Positions 37,869 to 46,827 of a DNA stretch of 64,000 nucleotides are shown here, one piece after another. Source of the stretch: an uncultured Planctomycetia bacterium. GTDB lineage: Bacteria; Omnitrophota; Gorgyraeia; 1-14-0-20-64-10. The notes beneath the pieces are model-generated. The model was not told the origin of the DNA and searched no databases. It saw only the letters and a list, made by a program, of their open reading frames with translations. Made by a program: the position numbers and the translations under genes. Each line of letters starts with the position of its first letter. The stretch's first letter is position 1. Location: contig CAZQXN010000006.1 of the NCBI GenBank assembly GCA_964597545.1, positions 13,695 through 77,694 of the forward strand, written 5' to 3'.

Positions 37869-38851
37869 GCAAACCTAAGGTTGCCCTCTATTGGTGTGCC
37901 AGCTGCGGCGGATGCGAGGAGTCTGTTGTCGACTTGGCTGAAGACATCCTGACAGTCACGGATGCCATCGACATCGTATTCTGGCCGGTGGCGATGGACT
38001 TCAAATATTCCGATGTCGAAGCCATGGCCGATGGCGAGCTCACCGCCACACTTGTCAACGGTGCCATCCGAACCGATGAGCAGGAGCGCATCGCCAAGCT
38101 CTTAAGACGCAAATCCCAGCTCATTATCGCCCACGGAAGCTGCGCCCATCTGGGGGGTGTCGTGGGGCTGGCCAACTTCTACAAGCGGGAAGATGTTCTT
38201 GGGCGCGCCTACACCGAGGTTCCAAGTGTCAACAACCCCAAGAAGACGCTGCCTCAGGTGCAAACCAAAGAGTCCGGCAATGAGCTGGAGCTGCCCGGTT
38301 TTCACGGCTCGGTCAAAGCCCTGGATCAAGTGATAGAGGTGGACTATTATCTGCCGGGCTGTCCCACGCCGCCTGCGCTCATCAAGACAGCGGTTATGGC
38401 GATCCTTGAGGGGAAGTTGCCTCCCAAGGGGACGGTCATAGCGGAGCAAAAGTCGCTGTGCGACACCTGCATTCTCAAGGAGAGCAAGCCCGATGAGATT
38501 GCGGTCAAGCGGTTCAAAAGGGTCTATGAGACTGAGTGGGACTCGACCAAGTGTTTTTTGGACCAGGGGATCATCTGCTTGGGGCCTGCAACGCGAGGGG
38601 GCTGCGACTCCAGGTGCATCAAGGCGAACATGCCCTGCCGGGGCTGCTTTGGACCCACCGAGGCGGTCACAGATCAGGGTGCCAAGTTCTTGTCGGCCTT
38701 GGCCTCTTGTATCAGTTCGGACAACGGCGAGGAGTTGAGCGCCATCGTCAATTCCATCCCTGACCCTGCGGGGCTCTTCTACCGCTACAGCTTAGCCTCA
38801 TCGACGCTGAAGGCCGGAGCAGGCAAAAAGAAAGTAGAGGTCAATGAGTAA
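37865..38851 (+). CDS. mvhG: [NiFe] hydrogenase small subunit (F420-non-reducing hydrogenase MvhG-like)
   Basis: KVALYWCASCGGCEES...HGSCAHLGG...PGCPTPP...CRGCFGP. Confidence 0.8.
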   Translation: MSKPKVALYWCASCGGCEESVVDLAEDILTVTDAIDIVFWPVAMDFKYSDVEAMADGELTATLVNGAIRTDEQERIAKLLRRKSQLIIAHGSCAHLGGVVGLANFYKREDVLGRAYTEVPSVNNPKKTLPQVQTKESGNELELPGFHGSVKALDQVIEVDYYLPGCPTPPALIKTAVMAILEGKLPPKGTVIAEQKSLCDTCILKESKPDEIAVKRFKRVYETEWDSTKCFLDQGIICLGPATRGGCDSRCIKANMPCRGCFGPTEAVTDQGAKFLSALASCISSDNGEELSAIVNSIPDPAGLFYRYSLASSTLKAGAGKKKVEVNE

Positions 38852-40307
38852 GCGCATCACGATCGATCCGATTACCCGCCTGGAAGGTCACGGCAAGATC
38901 GACATTCTGCTTAATTCCAAAGGGGATGTGGAGAGGGCTTATTTTCAGGTTCCGGAGTTCAGGGGTTTTGAGAAATTCTCAGAGGGTAGAGCCGCCGAAG
39001 AGATGCCGGCCTTGACTCAGAAGATATGCGGCGTATGTCCTACCGCGCACCACACAGCCTCCTCCAAGGCGCTGGACGATCTCTTCAAGGTGGAGCCCCC
39101 GCCGGCTGCCAAGAAGATCAGAGAGCTGGTCTATAACGCCTTCATGTTTGAGGACCACCTGCTTCATTTCTATGTCTTGGGCGGCCCCGACTTTGTGGTG
39201 GGCCCCGACGCCCCCAAGACTGAGCGCAATATCTTAGGGGTCATCGGCAAGGTGGGGGTGGATATCGGTAAACAGGTCATCGATATCCGCAAACGGGTGC
39301 GGGGCATCATGACCCTTATCAGTGGCAGCCCCCTCTATCCGGTCAACGGCCTTCCCGGCGGGGTCTCAAAATCCCTGACTGAGGAGGACCGCTCCGCGAT
39401 CAAGGAAGTCGTTGACGACACCGTAGATTTTGCCAAGTTCACCTTGAAGATCTTTGAGGACATTGTTCTTAAGAACAAAGAATACGTCAGCCTCGTCACC
39501 GGCGATATCTATAAACATAAGACCTACTACATGGGGCTGGTGGATGAGAAGAACCGCGTCAACTTTTATGACGGCAAGGTCCGGGTTGTAGACCCTGACG
39601 GTCGGGAGTACGTGAAGTTTGAAGGTAAGGATTACTTAAAGCACTTGGAAGAGCGCGTTGAACCCTGGAGCTACTTGAAGCTCCTCTATCTTAAGGGGGT
39701 GGGATGGAAGGGTTTTGCAGACGGCAAGGACAACGGCGTCTATCGTGTCGCCCCCTTGGCCCGCCTCAATGCCTCTGACGGCATGGCGACCCCCTCGGCC
39801 CAGGCAGAATATGAGCGCATGTATGACACCTTAGGGGGAAAGCCGGTTCACAATACCCTCGCCTATCACTGGGCCAGGCTTGTTGAGGTGATGTATGCCG
39901 CTGAAAGGATGGGTGAGCTGGTGAACGACCCTGAGCTGACTGACCCCAAGGTCAGAAATATCCCCACCCAGGCACCCAGTGAAGGGGTGGGGGTGTGTGA
40001 GGCCCCTCGGGGAACCCTCTTCCATCACTATCAGACCGATTCCAACGCCATCATCCAAAAGACCAACTTGCTGGTTGCTACACAGAACAATGCTGCGGCA
40101 ATGTGCCTCTCCATTGAGAAGGCCGCCAAGGGGCTCATCAAACGCGGCAAGGCGGATGACGGTCTTCTCAACATGGTTGAGATGGCCTTTAGGGCCTACG
40201 ATCCCTGCCTTGCCTGCGCCACACATGCCATTGACGGCGGCCCCGCCCTTGAGATTGTCCTTCACAGCGCAGACGGCAAAGCCCACCAATCCATCAAGAA
40301 TTTCTGA
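38844..40307 (+). CDS. mvhA: [NiFe] hydrogenase large subunit (MvhA-like)
   Basis: N-terminal RLEGHG...RICGVCPTAHH and C-terminal DPCLACATHAI nickel-binding motifs. Confidence 0.85.
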   Translation: MSKRITIDPITRLEGHGKIDILLNSKGDVERAYFQVPEFRGFEKFSEGRAAEEMPALTQKICGVCPTAHHTASSKALDDLFKVEPPPAAKKIRELVYNAFMFEDHLLHFYVLGGPDFVVGPDAPKTERNILGVIGKVGVDIGKQVIDIRKRVRGIMTLISGSPLYPVNGLPGGVSKSLTEEDRSAIKEVVDDTVDFAKFTLKIFEDIVLKNKEYVSLVTGDIYKHKTYYMGLVDEKNRVNFYDGKVRVVDPDGREYVKFEGKDYLKHLEERVEPWSYLKLLYLKGVGWKGFADGKDNGVYRVAPLARLNASDGMATPSAQAEYERMYDTLGGKPVHNTLAYHWARLVEVMYAAERMGELVNDPELTDPKVRNIPTQAPSEGVGVCEAPRGTLFHHYQTDSNAIIQKTNLLVATQNNAAAMCLSIEKAAKGLIKRGKADDGLLNMVEMAFRAYDPCLACATHAIDGGPALEIVLHSADGKAHQSIKNF

Positions 40308-40391
40308 GCCGCTAAGTCAGGCGTCATCCTAACCCTCTGGAGGAAAAGGCATTGCCAATTCGTTAGTAGTAATACTATTTAGTTTGACCGC

Positions 40392-40420
40392 TTGTAATTT
40401 TACAAAAAACAAGGTAAACT
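40392..40420 (+). promoter_or_regulatory. sigma70-like promoter of giant gene B (TTGTAA-17-TAAACT)
   Basis: AT-rich. TAAACT 40415-40420 is preceded by G as in gene A. The upstream TTAGTAGTAAT box is shared with A and C. Confidence 0.4.
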
Positions 40421-40448
40421 TATACCCACGACACGGAAAACTCCCCGA

Positions 40449-43400
40449 ATGAAGCACAACATACGCACCCTTCAACCGATAGCCGCACTTCTTGCCTTCA
40501 CGCTGGCCTGTCCGAACTCTGTCTATGCTATGCGACAGGAAGGGCCAGACTCCAAGACGGTTCGATCCGGCCTGGAAGAGGCTCTAAAAGCCGGTCCTGG
40601 CGCCACCCTGGAATACATAGAATACGGCGCCACACGCCTGACGCAAGCCCTCACCCCACCCAGCCCAGCCCCTCTATTCTCCGGCCAGGAGGAGGAGATG
40701 ACGAGCCGAACGGGCATCCACGCCGCTAAGTTCTATTTGTTGCCATTATTAGCGGAAGAGGGTTCAGTTAACACGCTAACCTATCCGGGTGGCACACCCC
40801 TTAATCTTAGACAGCTCCACAGTGATGCTGACACAGCGCTCACTATAGCCTTGATACGTGTCTTTGATGGACTAAGACTTCGTCAGGAAACAGGGGCGGT
40901 CGTAATAAGCATCGATAGAAAGACGAAGGTTGCCCACATAACGCAACTTTCCGCCGGCCAGGAGGAGGTGGAGACTATTTCCGAGCCGCTCAGACAATTC
41001 GCGAGCAACGATGAGGTGCTTGATATAGCCCTCTCCCCCGACGGCCAATTTATCGCTTCTGCAGGCTTGGATGGGACAGTTTGCCTCTGGAATGTCGGCA
41101 GTGGCGAGCCGGCTTGGAAGTACACAGGCCATACCAGCAAGGTGAATGCTGTGGACTTTTCCCCTGACGGTCGATATCTCGCTTCCGCAGGCCCAGACAG
41201 AGTTATCCGCATCCTGGATGCCGAGAATGGACGGGGGGTGCACTGGCTTAGGGGGCATTTCGATGAGGTGCTTGACGTGGACTTCTCCCCAAACAGCCGA
41301 ACCCTTGCCTCAACGAGCATGTTTGGGACGATTTACCTTTGGAGTGTTGAAAGCGGAAAGAAGTTCCGGGAGATTGGGCACCACAACGGTGTAGCGGTGA
41401 ATACCATCGATTTCTCCCCTGACGGGCGACACATTGTCTCAGGTAACATCCATGGAGATGTTGATCTCTGGAGTGTTGCCAGCGGCAGGATAGCTGGACA
41501 ATTCGAAGGGCACCACCTTGATGTACCTGTCGTGCTCTTTTCCTCTGACGGTCGATATCTTGCCACCGGAAGTAGTGACGACAGGACGGTTCGCCTCTGG
41601 GATGCTGAAAGCAGGCAAGAGCTTTGGCAGTCCAAAGCGGGAGAGCTCTTTAACGTAGCATTTTCCCCTGATAACCAACGTCTTGTCTCGACAAGCACCA
41701 ACGGGATGGTTCATCTTTGGGATGTTGCCAGCGGCAAGGAGCTGCGACGGTTTAAGGCGGGTACTCATAACATCTGGATGTTTGATGCGGTCTTCTCCCC
41801 TGACGGCCGGCAGATTATTACAGGGGATTCGGACAGCATGATTCGTGTCTGGCCGAGCGGCATGCACAGTGCCGGCCAGGAGGAATGGGTTGATATTACA
41901 GTTCCCATGTTGCAGCGCTTACATGCCAATAATCTGGTGCGGGTGGATGACCGGACTTTTCGCTTGGCCAGTAAAACTATGGATGGAACCTGGCAAGGCG
42001 CTGATGAAGAGAGCGGAGGCCCTCTGCAGCCCTTAAGCAAGGTAGATCTCCTCTCAGGGCAGGTGCTGCTTGAGGCCGGCCAAGAGGAGGGCAAGGTGGT
42101 TATGCGTACTCTCCGGCGACTTCAGGCTGCCTACGCGAGTCTTGGCAGCGCCACGGACAGCGGATCCCCTCTGCCGGCAGACGCGCAGGAAGCAACAAGG
42201 GCGGCGTACGAGCAGGTCCTGCAAGATGTCTACCGCTTAGCCAGGCCTGGCGTTGACGCGGGAACAATCGATCAGGCGTGGAATGGGTACAAAAGAGTGG
42301 CTGAGACAGTTCGGTCAGACACATTTTCCGGAACGTCTACCGAAGGCCTTGCTCTGTTGACCGGAGAGTTGAAAAACGTTGCCGCATTGCTGCAAGAGTC
42401 CGAAGATACCGCCGGCCAGGAGGAGGGGCAGGGGGATGTGGTGCAGAGTAACCTCTCTGCTCATGAGGCAGGCGAGCTTCTTGCCAAGGCGCTCAGCCCA
42501 ACCCTGTTCCATTTGCTTCGGTTGGGGCGTCAATACCGGGATGTGCAAATGCCTGATAATCAGCCGCTGACGTATACAACCCCAGCTCTCTTTGCGTCCG
42601 CGGTTTTCACAACGCTAGAGAGGATCAAAGCCAACGGCAGATGGACGGTTACCTTCCCAGCCCAAGGCGAGATCGCTGTGGTGACTGCGCATGAGGAGGC
42701 TGTTGGCCAGGAGGAGACGGTCGCGCCCCCTGAGGACTGGGACCGGATAGGAACTATCCGTACCGACTCAGATATTACCAACCTTCTGGCTCAGCGCGGA
42801 TATGGCCTTCTTTCCCCGGACGGAGACCCCTATCAGTATGTATCACATGATAAGCAACAGGTAGACATCGCCCCTTCGCTTTCCGATTCTTCATTAGGAG
42901 ATTCTTTCGGAAAACCCCGAGCTGAGTTTGAAGGGTGGCACGTTTATTCTTCGCTTCTATCAGCGCGGAAAGCTGCACAAAGAATTCGCCACGCCCGCCG
43001 GGAACAATCCTCCGGCCAAGAGGAGGGAACTGTAGCTGAGGCCTTGGTTTCCGAGAGCCGAGATCAGCCTCTTCCTCCGGAGAAAGTCATCGAGGCGATC
43101 TTGGGAGAATTGAATGAGTCGAGAGAAGTTGGGATTCGCTTCATTTGGGATAGCAACTTTGACTTTGGGATTGTTGATGAAACCCAGCCTCTTCATGATT
43201 TTGTGCATCTCAAATTTCTTCCTCGGATAGGACCTTCAGACCCAGTCCCATACGATGAGATCCGTCGGGTTGTTCCGGTCGGTCGATACATTGCGCTTCT
43301 TTCGAAAGCTGCTCAATCTGAGTTGAAAGCTACAGTTGAAGTCGCTAGGTACTCCCCCACAACCGGGCAGCTTGTTCGATTCAGCGGAGATCTTGACCAT

Positions 43401-45326
43401 TTTCACTTCGAGGGCGTCGGAGACACTCTCTTGAGAGTTCAACTTTCGGAGAGTGTCGCTGCAGCCGCAGAAGAAGCGCTTTCAGAGCGTTTTCCAGGAG
43501 ATGCCGTTTATGTTCGATTAAAGGAGGTTAGCCGCCTGGAAGTCCACGGTTTCCTGGAGGAGGACCCTCGCGGGGTGTTGGCACAGCAGTTTGGTCGACC
43601 TCAGTTAGATGCTGCCACTGACGAAGCATGGCGTTTCTTGAATCATCGAGATGATGCAAGCGATGCGCAGCTCAAGAGAGTTACCCTGGATTTTGTGCAC
43701 AGGCTTGAAACACCAGACAACATTGCGTTGTTCCAATTGCCGAGAGCAGATGAAGCAGCCATTCGATATCGTATCCGTAGATTCCAGATAAAATCTCCTT
43801 TTAGCGCAGTTAACCTCGATAAGGTTATCCTAGATGACAAAAGAGCAGTTGTCATTACGCCTGTGTTCAACCTGCCGTCTGCCTCCGGCCAGGAGGAGAG
43901 CCAGCCCGGCGTTGTCTCTGAGGAGTTGATGGGCACCCTCGCACGCGAGGGTTGGAACAAAGTTGCAAAACAGTGGGTAGCCCTCAATCGCGATGACGGC
44001 CTTACTCTCATGGATGCGCTCATTCGCGTTAACCCCGAAGGACAGGTTATCCTTTTAGGAAAGGAATTCTGGCAGCGTAACATCCCAGATACGATTGATG
44101 TCGAACGCGCTAGATCCATTGCGAGCGGATCGATCGGAAGGCAAGCAATCACAAGCGCAGTGGCAGTTGCTCCACAAGGGGTGGTTGTCCTTCAGGTCGA
44201 TCAGATGGGGGCATATGACGGTGTGACATACGAAGCGCTGGTCAGCGAGCGTACCGTCCCCATCACTGCTGAGGTCCGCCGCCTTGCCGGCCTTCCCCCA
44301 GCCGGCCAGGAGGAGGAGGATTTGATCGGGATTATCCGCGATGATCAAGATATCAATGACTTGCTCCAGCGCGGTTTTGGCCTGCTCTCTCCGGAGGGAG
44401 CCCCTTATGAATATTTATCACAGGATATTCGAAGAATAATAATCTTTCCTGTGGTTGGCGGGTCGATAGGAACTCCTTTCGGGAAACCCCGGTCTGAAGT
44501 TATAGGGTGGAGTGTTTATCCTTCGCTCAAAGCAGCGCTTGCAGCTAGTCAAAAAATAGCTCACGCTCGTTGGGGGCAATCTGCCGGCCAGGAGGAGAAT
44601 ATGACGACACGCACGGGCACTGTCGCCACTGTCTCCTATTTACTTGGCTTTGCGCACGATGGTTCTCTTGACACGCTGACTTATCCCGGCGGCAGATCCA
44701 TCAGGCTGGACAGTATCAGCGATGATCCTAATAGAGCGGTTCCCGTAGCTGTGACAAGAGTCTTTAGCGCGCTGGATCTTGATCCGCATAGGGCAATGGT
44801 CGCAATGAACATTGACGAAAGCGCGAAGACGGCTTACATAGTGCCAGAGGGCGGTCAGGAGGAAGCCTCTCTCGCAACTGCATTGGCTCCCTTTGCCAAC
44901 GCCCTAGCGCCAACTCACCCCGGGGTTTTAGTGCTTACTAATTCAGGCCTTGAGGAAAACCCAAGCCTCCTCGGCCTAGCCGCACACCCTGCTTTTGCTC
45001 AACGGATGGCGGTCTTTGCCACCCTCGCTGCCGTACAGCGCCAGCAGCTTCAAGCCGCAGGTGTTCAGGTTCTTGATGAGAACGATTTCTGGGGCCTGGT
45101 GGTAACGCTCCATGGCATGGACGAGGCCGAACGCGTGACTGTTCTTGAACAAGCCGGAACCCTTGCCAATGAACTTAGGAAAGAGCTGCCCCCTTCCGTT
45201 ACGGTTCATTTCCAGCCCATTGGCGCCACAGTCCGCGCCATTCTCTCAGCCTTCCTCCCTGAAGGAGAACTGGATCGGTTTGACGCTGAGGCATTCGGCG
45301 TCCTAGCACAACTGCTCGCTGCGTAA
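40449..45326 (+). CDS. Giant secreted modular protein B (1625 aa): signal peptide, WD40 propeller, duplicated internal modules separated by [AS]GQEE motifs
   Basis: Signal peptide (IAALLAFTLACPNSVYA). WD40 repeats (FSPDGRYLASAG...). Twelve GQEE/GLEE boundaries. Internal paralogous modules (MTSRTG.../MTTRTG...; IGTIRTDSDITNLL.../IGIIRDDQDINDLL...). Confidence 0.7.
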   Translation: MKHNIRTLQPIAALLAFTLACPNSVYAMRQEGPDSKTVRSGLEEALKAGPGATLEYIEYGATRLTQALTPPSPAPLFSGQEEEMTSRTGIHAAKFYLLPLLAEEGSVNTLTYPGGTPLNLRQLHSDADTALTIALIRVFDGLRLRQETGAVVISIDRKTKVAHITQLSAGQEEVETISEPLRQFASNDEVLDIALSPDGQFIASAGLDGTVCLWNVGSGEPAWKYTGHTSKVNAVDFSPDGRYLASAGPDRVIRILDAENGRGVHWLRGHFDEVLDVDFSPNSRTLASTSMFGTIYLWSVESGKKFREIGHHNGVAVNTIDFSPDGRHIVSGNIHGDVDLWSVASGRIAGQFEGHHLDVPVVLFSSDGRYLATGSSDDRTVRLWDAESRQELWQSKAGELFNVAFSPDNQRLVSTSTNGMVHLWDVASGKELRRFKAGTHNIWMFDAVFSPDGRQIITGDSDSMIRVWPSGMHSAGQEEWVDITVPMLQRLHANNLVRVDDRTFRLASKTMDGTWQGADEESGGPLQPLSKVDLLSGQVLLEAGQEEGKVVMRTLRRLQAAYASLGSATDSGSPLPADAQEATRAAYEQVLQDVYRLARPGVDAGTIDQAWNGYKRVAETVRSDTFSGTSTEGLALLTGELKNVAALLQESEDTAGQEEGQGDVVQSNLSAHEAGELLAKALSPTLFHLLRLGRQYRDVQMPDNQPLTYTTPALFASAVFTTLERIKANGRWTVTFPAQGEIAVVTAHEEAVGQEETVAPPEDWDRIGTIRTDSDITNLLAQRGYGLLSPDGDPYQYVSHDKQQVDIAPSLSDSSLGDSFGKPRAEFEGWHVYSSLLSARKAAQRIRHARREQSSGQEEGTVAEALVSESRDQPLPPEKVIEAILGELNESREVGIRFIWDSNFDFGIVDETQPLHDFVHLKFLPRIGPSDPVPYDEIRRVVPVGRYIALLSKAAQSELKATVEVARYSPTTGQLVRFSGDLDHFHFEGVGDTLLRVQLSESVAAAAEEALSERFPGDAVYVRLKEVSRLEVHGFLEEDPRGVLAQQFGRPQLDAATDEAWRFLNHRDDASDAQLKRVTLDFVHRLETPDNIALFQLPRADEAAIRYRIRRFQIKSPFSAVNLDKVILDDKRAVVITPVFNLPSASGQEESQPGVVSEELMGTLAREGWNKVAKQWVALNRDDGLTLMDALIRVNPEGQVILLGKEFWQRNIPDTIDVERARSIASGSIGRQAITSAVAVAPQGVVVLQVDQMGAYDGVTYEALVSERTVPITAEVRRLAGLPPAGQEEEDLIGIIRDDQDINDLLQRGFGLLSPEGAPYEYLSQDIRRIIIFPVVGGSIGTPFGKPRSEVIGWSVYPSLKAALAASQKIAHARWGQSAGQEENMTTRTGTVATVSYLLGFAHDGSLDTLTYPGGRSIRLDSISDDPNRAVPVAVTRVFSALDLDPHRAMVAMNIDESAKTAYIVPEGGQEEASLATALAPFANALAPTHPGVLVLTNSGLEENPSLLGLAAHPAFAQRMAVFATLAAVQRQQLQAAGVQVLDENDFWGLVVTLHGMDEAERVTVLEQAGTLANELRKELPPSVTVHFQPIGATVRAILSAFLPEGELDRFDAEAFGVLAQLLAA

Positions 45327-45343
45327 CCCCCGCTCAAAACCTA

Positions 45344-45423
45344 AAATCGGTACCAGGTACCAAAAGCGAAGATCGGTACCAGGTACCAAGAGCAAAAATC
45401 GGTACCTGGTACCGTTAGTTTTT
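45344..45423. repeat. Three tandem ATCGGTACC-W-GGTACCAA palindromic units (about 26-bp period) forming a perfect 13-bp hairpin plus T-run between convergent genes
   Basis: GGTACCAGGTACC at 45349-61 and 45375-87. GGTACCTGGTACC at 45401-13; the A and T versions are exact reverse complements. Then GTTAGTTTTT. Confidence 0.75.
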
Positions 45424-45933
45424 CCCTGCCTGGAATCCGATCTGTTTGCGAGCCGGCGGCTTATGGGTTTCTTCCATGAGTTTTCTGATGGCGTCAAATA
45501 CTACCTTGAATTGGGTGTCGTATTTTTTCTCCAAAGCGGCCAGACGGCGGGCCAGTTCTTTGTTGCTGGCCAGCATGGAACGGAGCTTCACAAACGTTCG
45601 CATGATGGCAATGTTGACCTGGACAGCTCGCTTGCTGCGGAGCACACTGGAGAGCATAGCTACTCCCTGCTCCGTGAAAGCATAGGGTTTTGCTCGTCGA
45701 ATGCCACCCCAGCTTGAAGTCACAAATTGTGACTTCAAGATTGAAAACTCCTTCTTGTTCAGTTGAAACATGAAATCCTTAGGGAATCGCTCCTTATTGC
45801 GCTTGACGGCCTGTATTAGGATTTTGGGTATCACACCGTACATATCAGCCAGGTCAGGGCTAAGCATTACTTTGTGGCCTCGCAGGAGGTAGATCTGTCT
45901 CTCGATTCGCTCTGATGGGATAAGCTGGCTCAT
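45415..45933 (-). CDS. ORF6N-domain protein (phage-associated DNA-binding family)
   Basis: [54 protein letters not shown]...[28 protein letters not shown] matches the ORF6N domain. A TATAAT -10 lies on the minus strand at 45987-45992. Confidence 0.7.
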   Translation of the reverse strand: MSQLIPSERIERQIYLLRGHKVMLSPDLADMYGVIPKILIQAVKRNKERFPKDFMFQLNKKEFSILKSQFVTSSWGGIRRAKPYAFTEQGVAMLSSVLRSKRAVQVNIAIMRTFVKLRSMLASNKELARRLAALEKKYDTQFKVVFDAIRKLMEETHKPPARKQIGFQAGKN

Positions 45934-46013
45934 GGGGTTGCCTCTTTCGTTATGTCCGATACTATTTGTATAAGGGATAATATAGCATTATATGCAAACA
46001 GACAACACCAAAC

Positions 46014-46135
46014 CTAACATCGGTATCGGGTACCAAACCTTATACCAAGGGGTCAGACCCTTTCGTACAGCGTGTACGGGGCAGCCGCGTACGAAAAGGT
46101 CAGACCCTAGAAAGCGGTACCTGGTACCAAGGTTT
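46014..46135. repeat. Degenerate and intact copies of the GGTACC-W-GGTACC element plus GGTCAGACCCT direct repeats upstream of the ORF6N gene
   Basis: AAACCTAACATCGGTATCGGGTACC (46011-34) is near-identical to 28739-28762. GGTCAGACCCT at 46051 and 46098 flanks the CTTTCGTAC/GTACGAAAAG inverted repeat. GGTACCTGGTACC at 46116-28. Confidence 0.6.
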
Positions 46136-46236
46136 TGTGAGATAATGCAGTCGGTTCGGAGAGCAGTATTCCCTGCACCACACCGCAAAAATCGTAACCA
46201 ATACAACGGGTATCGTCTACCTACTTAAGGGGCTGG

Positions 46237-46827
46237 ATGAAGGTCAAGGGGATCATCAAGTACGAGTCTGAGCGGGATCCGGAGTTTTCGCGCTGGATCA
46301 CCGGTGTCATGGGCGCTGAGAATATCCAGCACTGCATTCAGTGCGGCATGTGCAGCGCCGCCTGCCCCCTTGCTCCCTATATGCAGCACACCCCCCGCCA
46401 GTTGATTCAGCTCGCCCGCGAGGGTTTCAAGGAAGAGGTCCTCAAAAGCTCCACCTTCTGGTTCTGCTCAAGCTGCTATGCCTGTGCGGTGGAGTGCCCC
46501 AAAGAGATCAAGGTGACAGAGGTGATGTATGCCTTGAAGCGCCGGGCGATGGAGGAGAAGATCCACCCCAAGCGCGCTTCCATTCCGGTGATGGCAAAGG
46601 AATTTGCCCGGATGGTCTACAAGCGGGGTCGCGTCACCGAGACGGAGTTGATGACCCTGTTGATGCTCAAGACCAACCCCCTCAGGTTCTTTAAGATGTC
46701 TCGGCTCGGCCGCAAGCTCATGAGGACCGGTCGCTTCTCCTTAAAGCGTGAGAAGATCCAAGCCCGCGGGCAACTCAAGAAGATGCTCGATTCCGCCCCC
46801 TCCTGCCGGAAAGAGGAAAAGTCATGA
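46237..46827 (+). CDS. hdrC: Heterodisulfide reductase subunit C
   Basis: CIQCGMCSAACP and CSSCYACAVECP. Confidence 0.8.
   Translation: MKVKGIIKYESERDPEFSRWITGVMGAENIQHCIQCGMCSAACPLAPYMQHTPRQLIQLAREGFKEEVLKSSTFWFCSSCYACAVECPKEIKVTEVMYALKRRAMEEKIHPKRASIPVMAKEFARMVYKRGRVTETELMTLLMLKTNPLRFFKMSRLGRKLMRTGRFSLKREKIQARGQLKKMLDSAPSCRKEEKS

Noticed and set aside
45344-45423. Regularly spaced 13-bp palindromes with about 13-bp spacers as a mini CRISPR array
   Set aside because: Only 2-3 units per site and spacers far too short. Repeats are perfect palindromes of a restriction-site doublet, and no cas genes are present. Better explained as REP/MITE-like hairpins or operator arrays.
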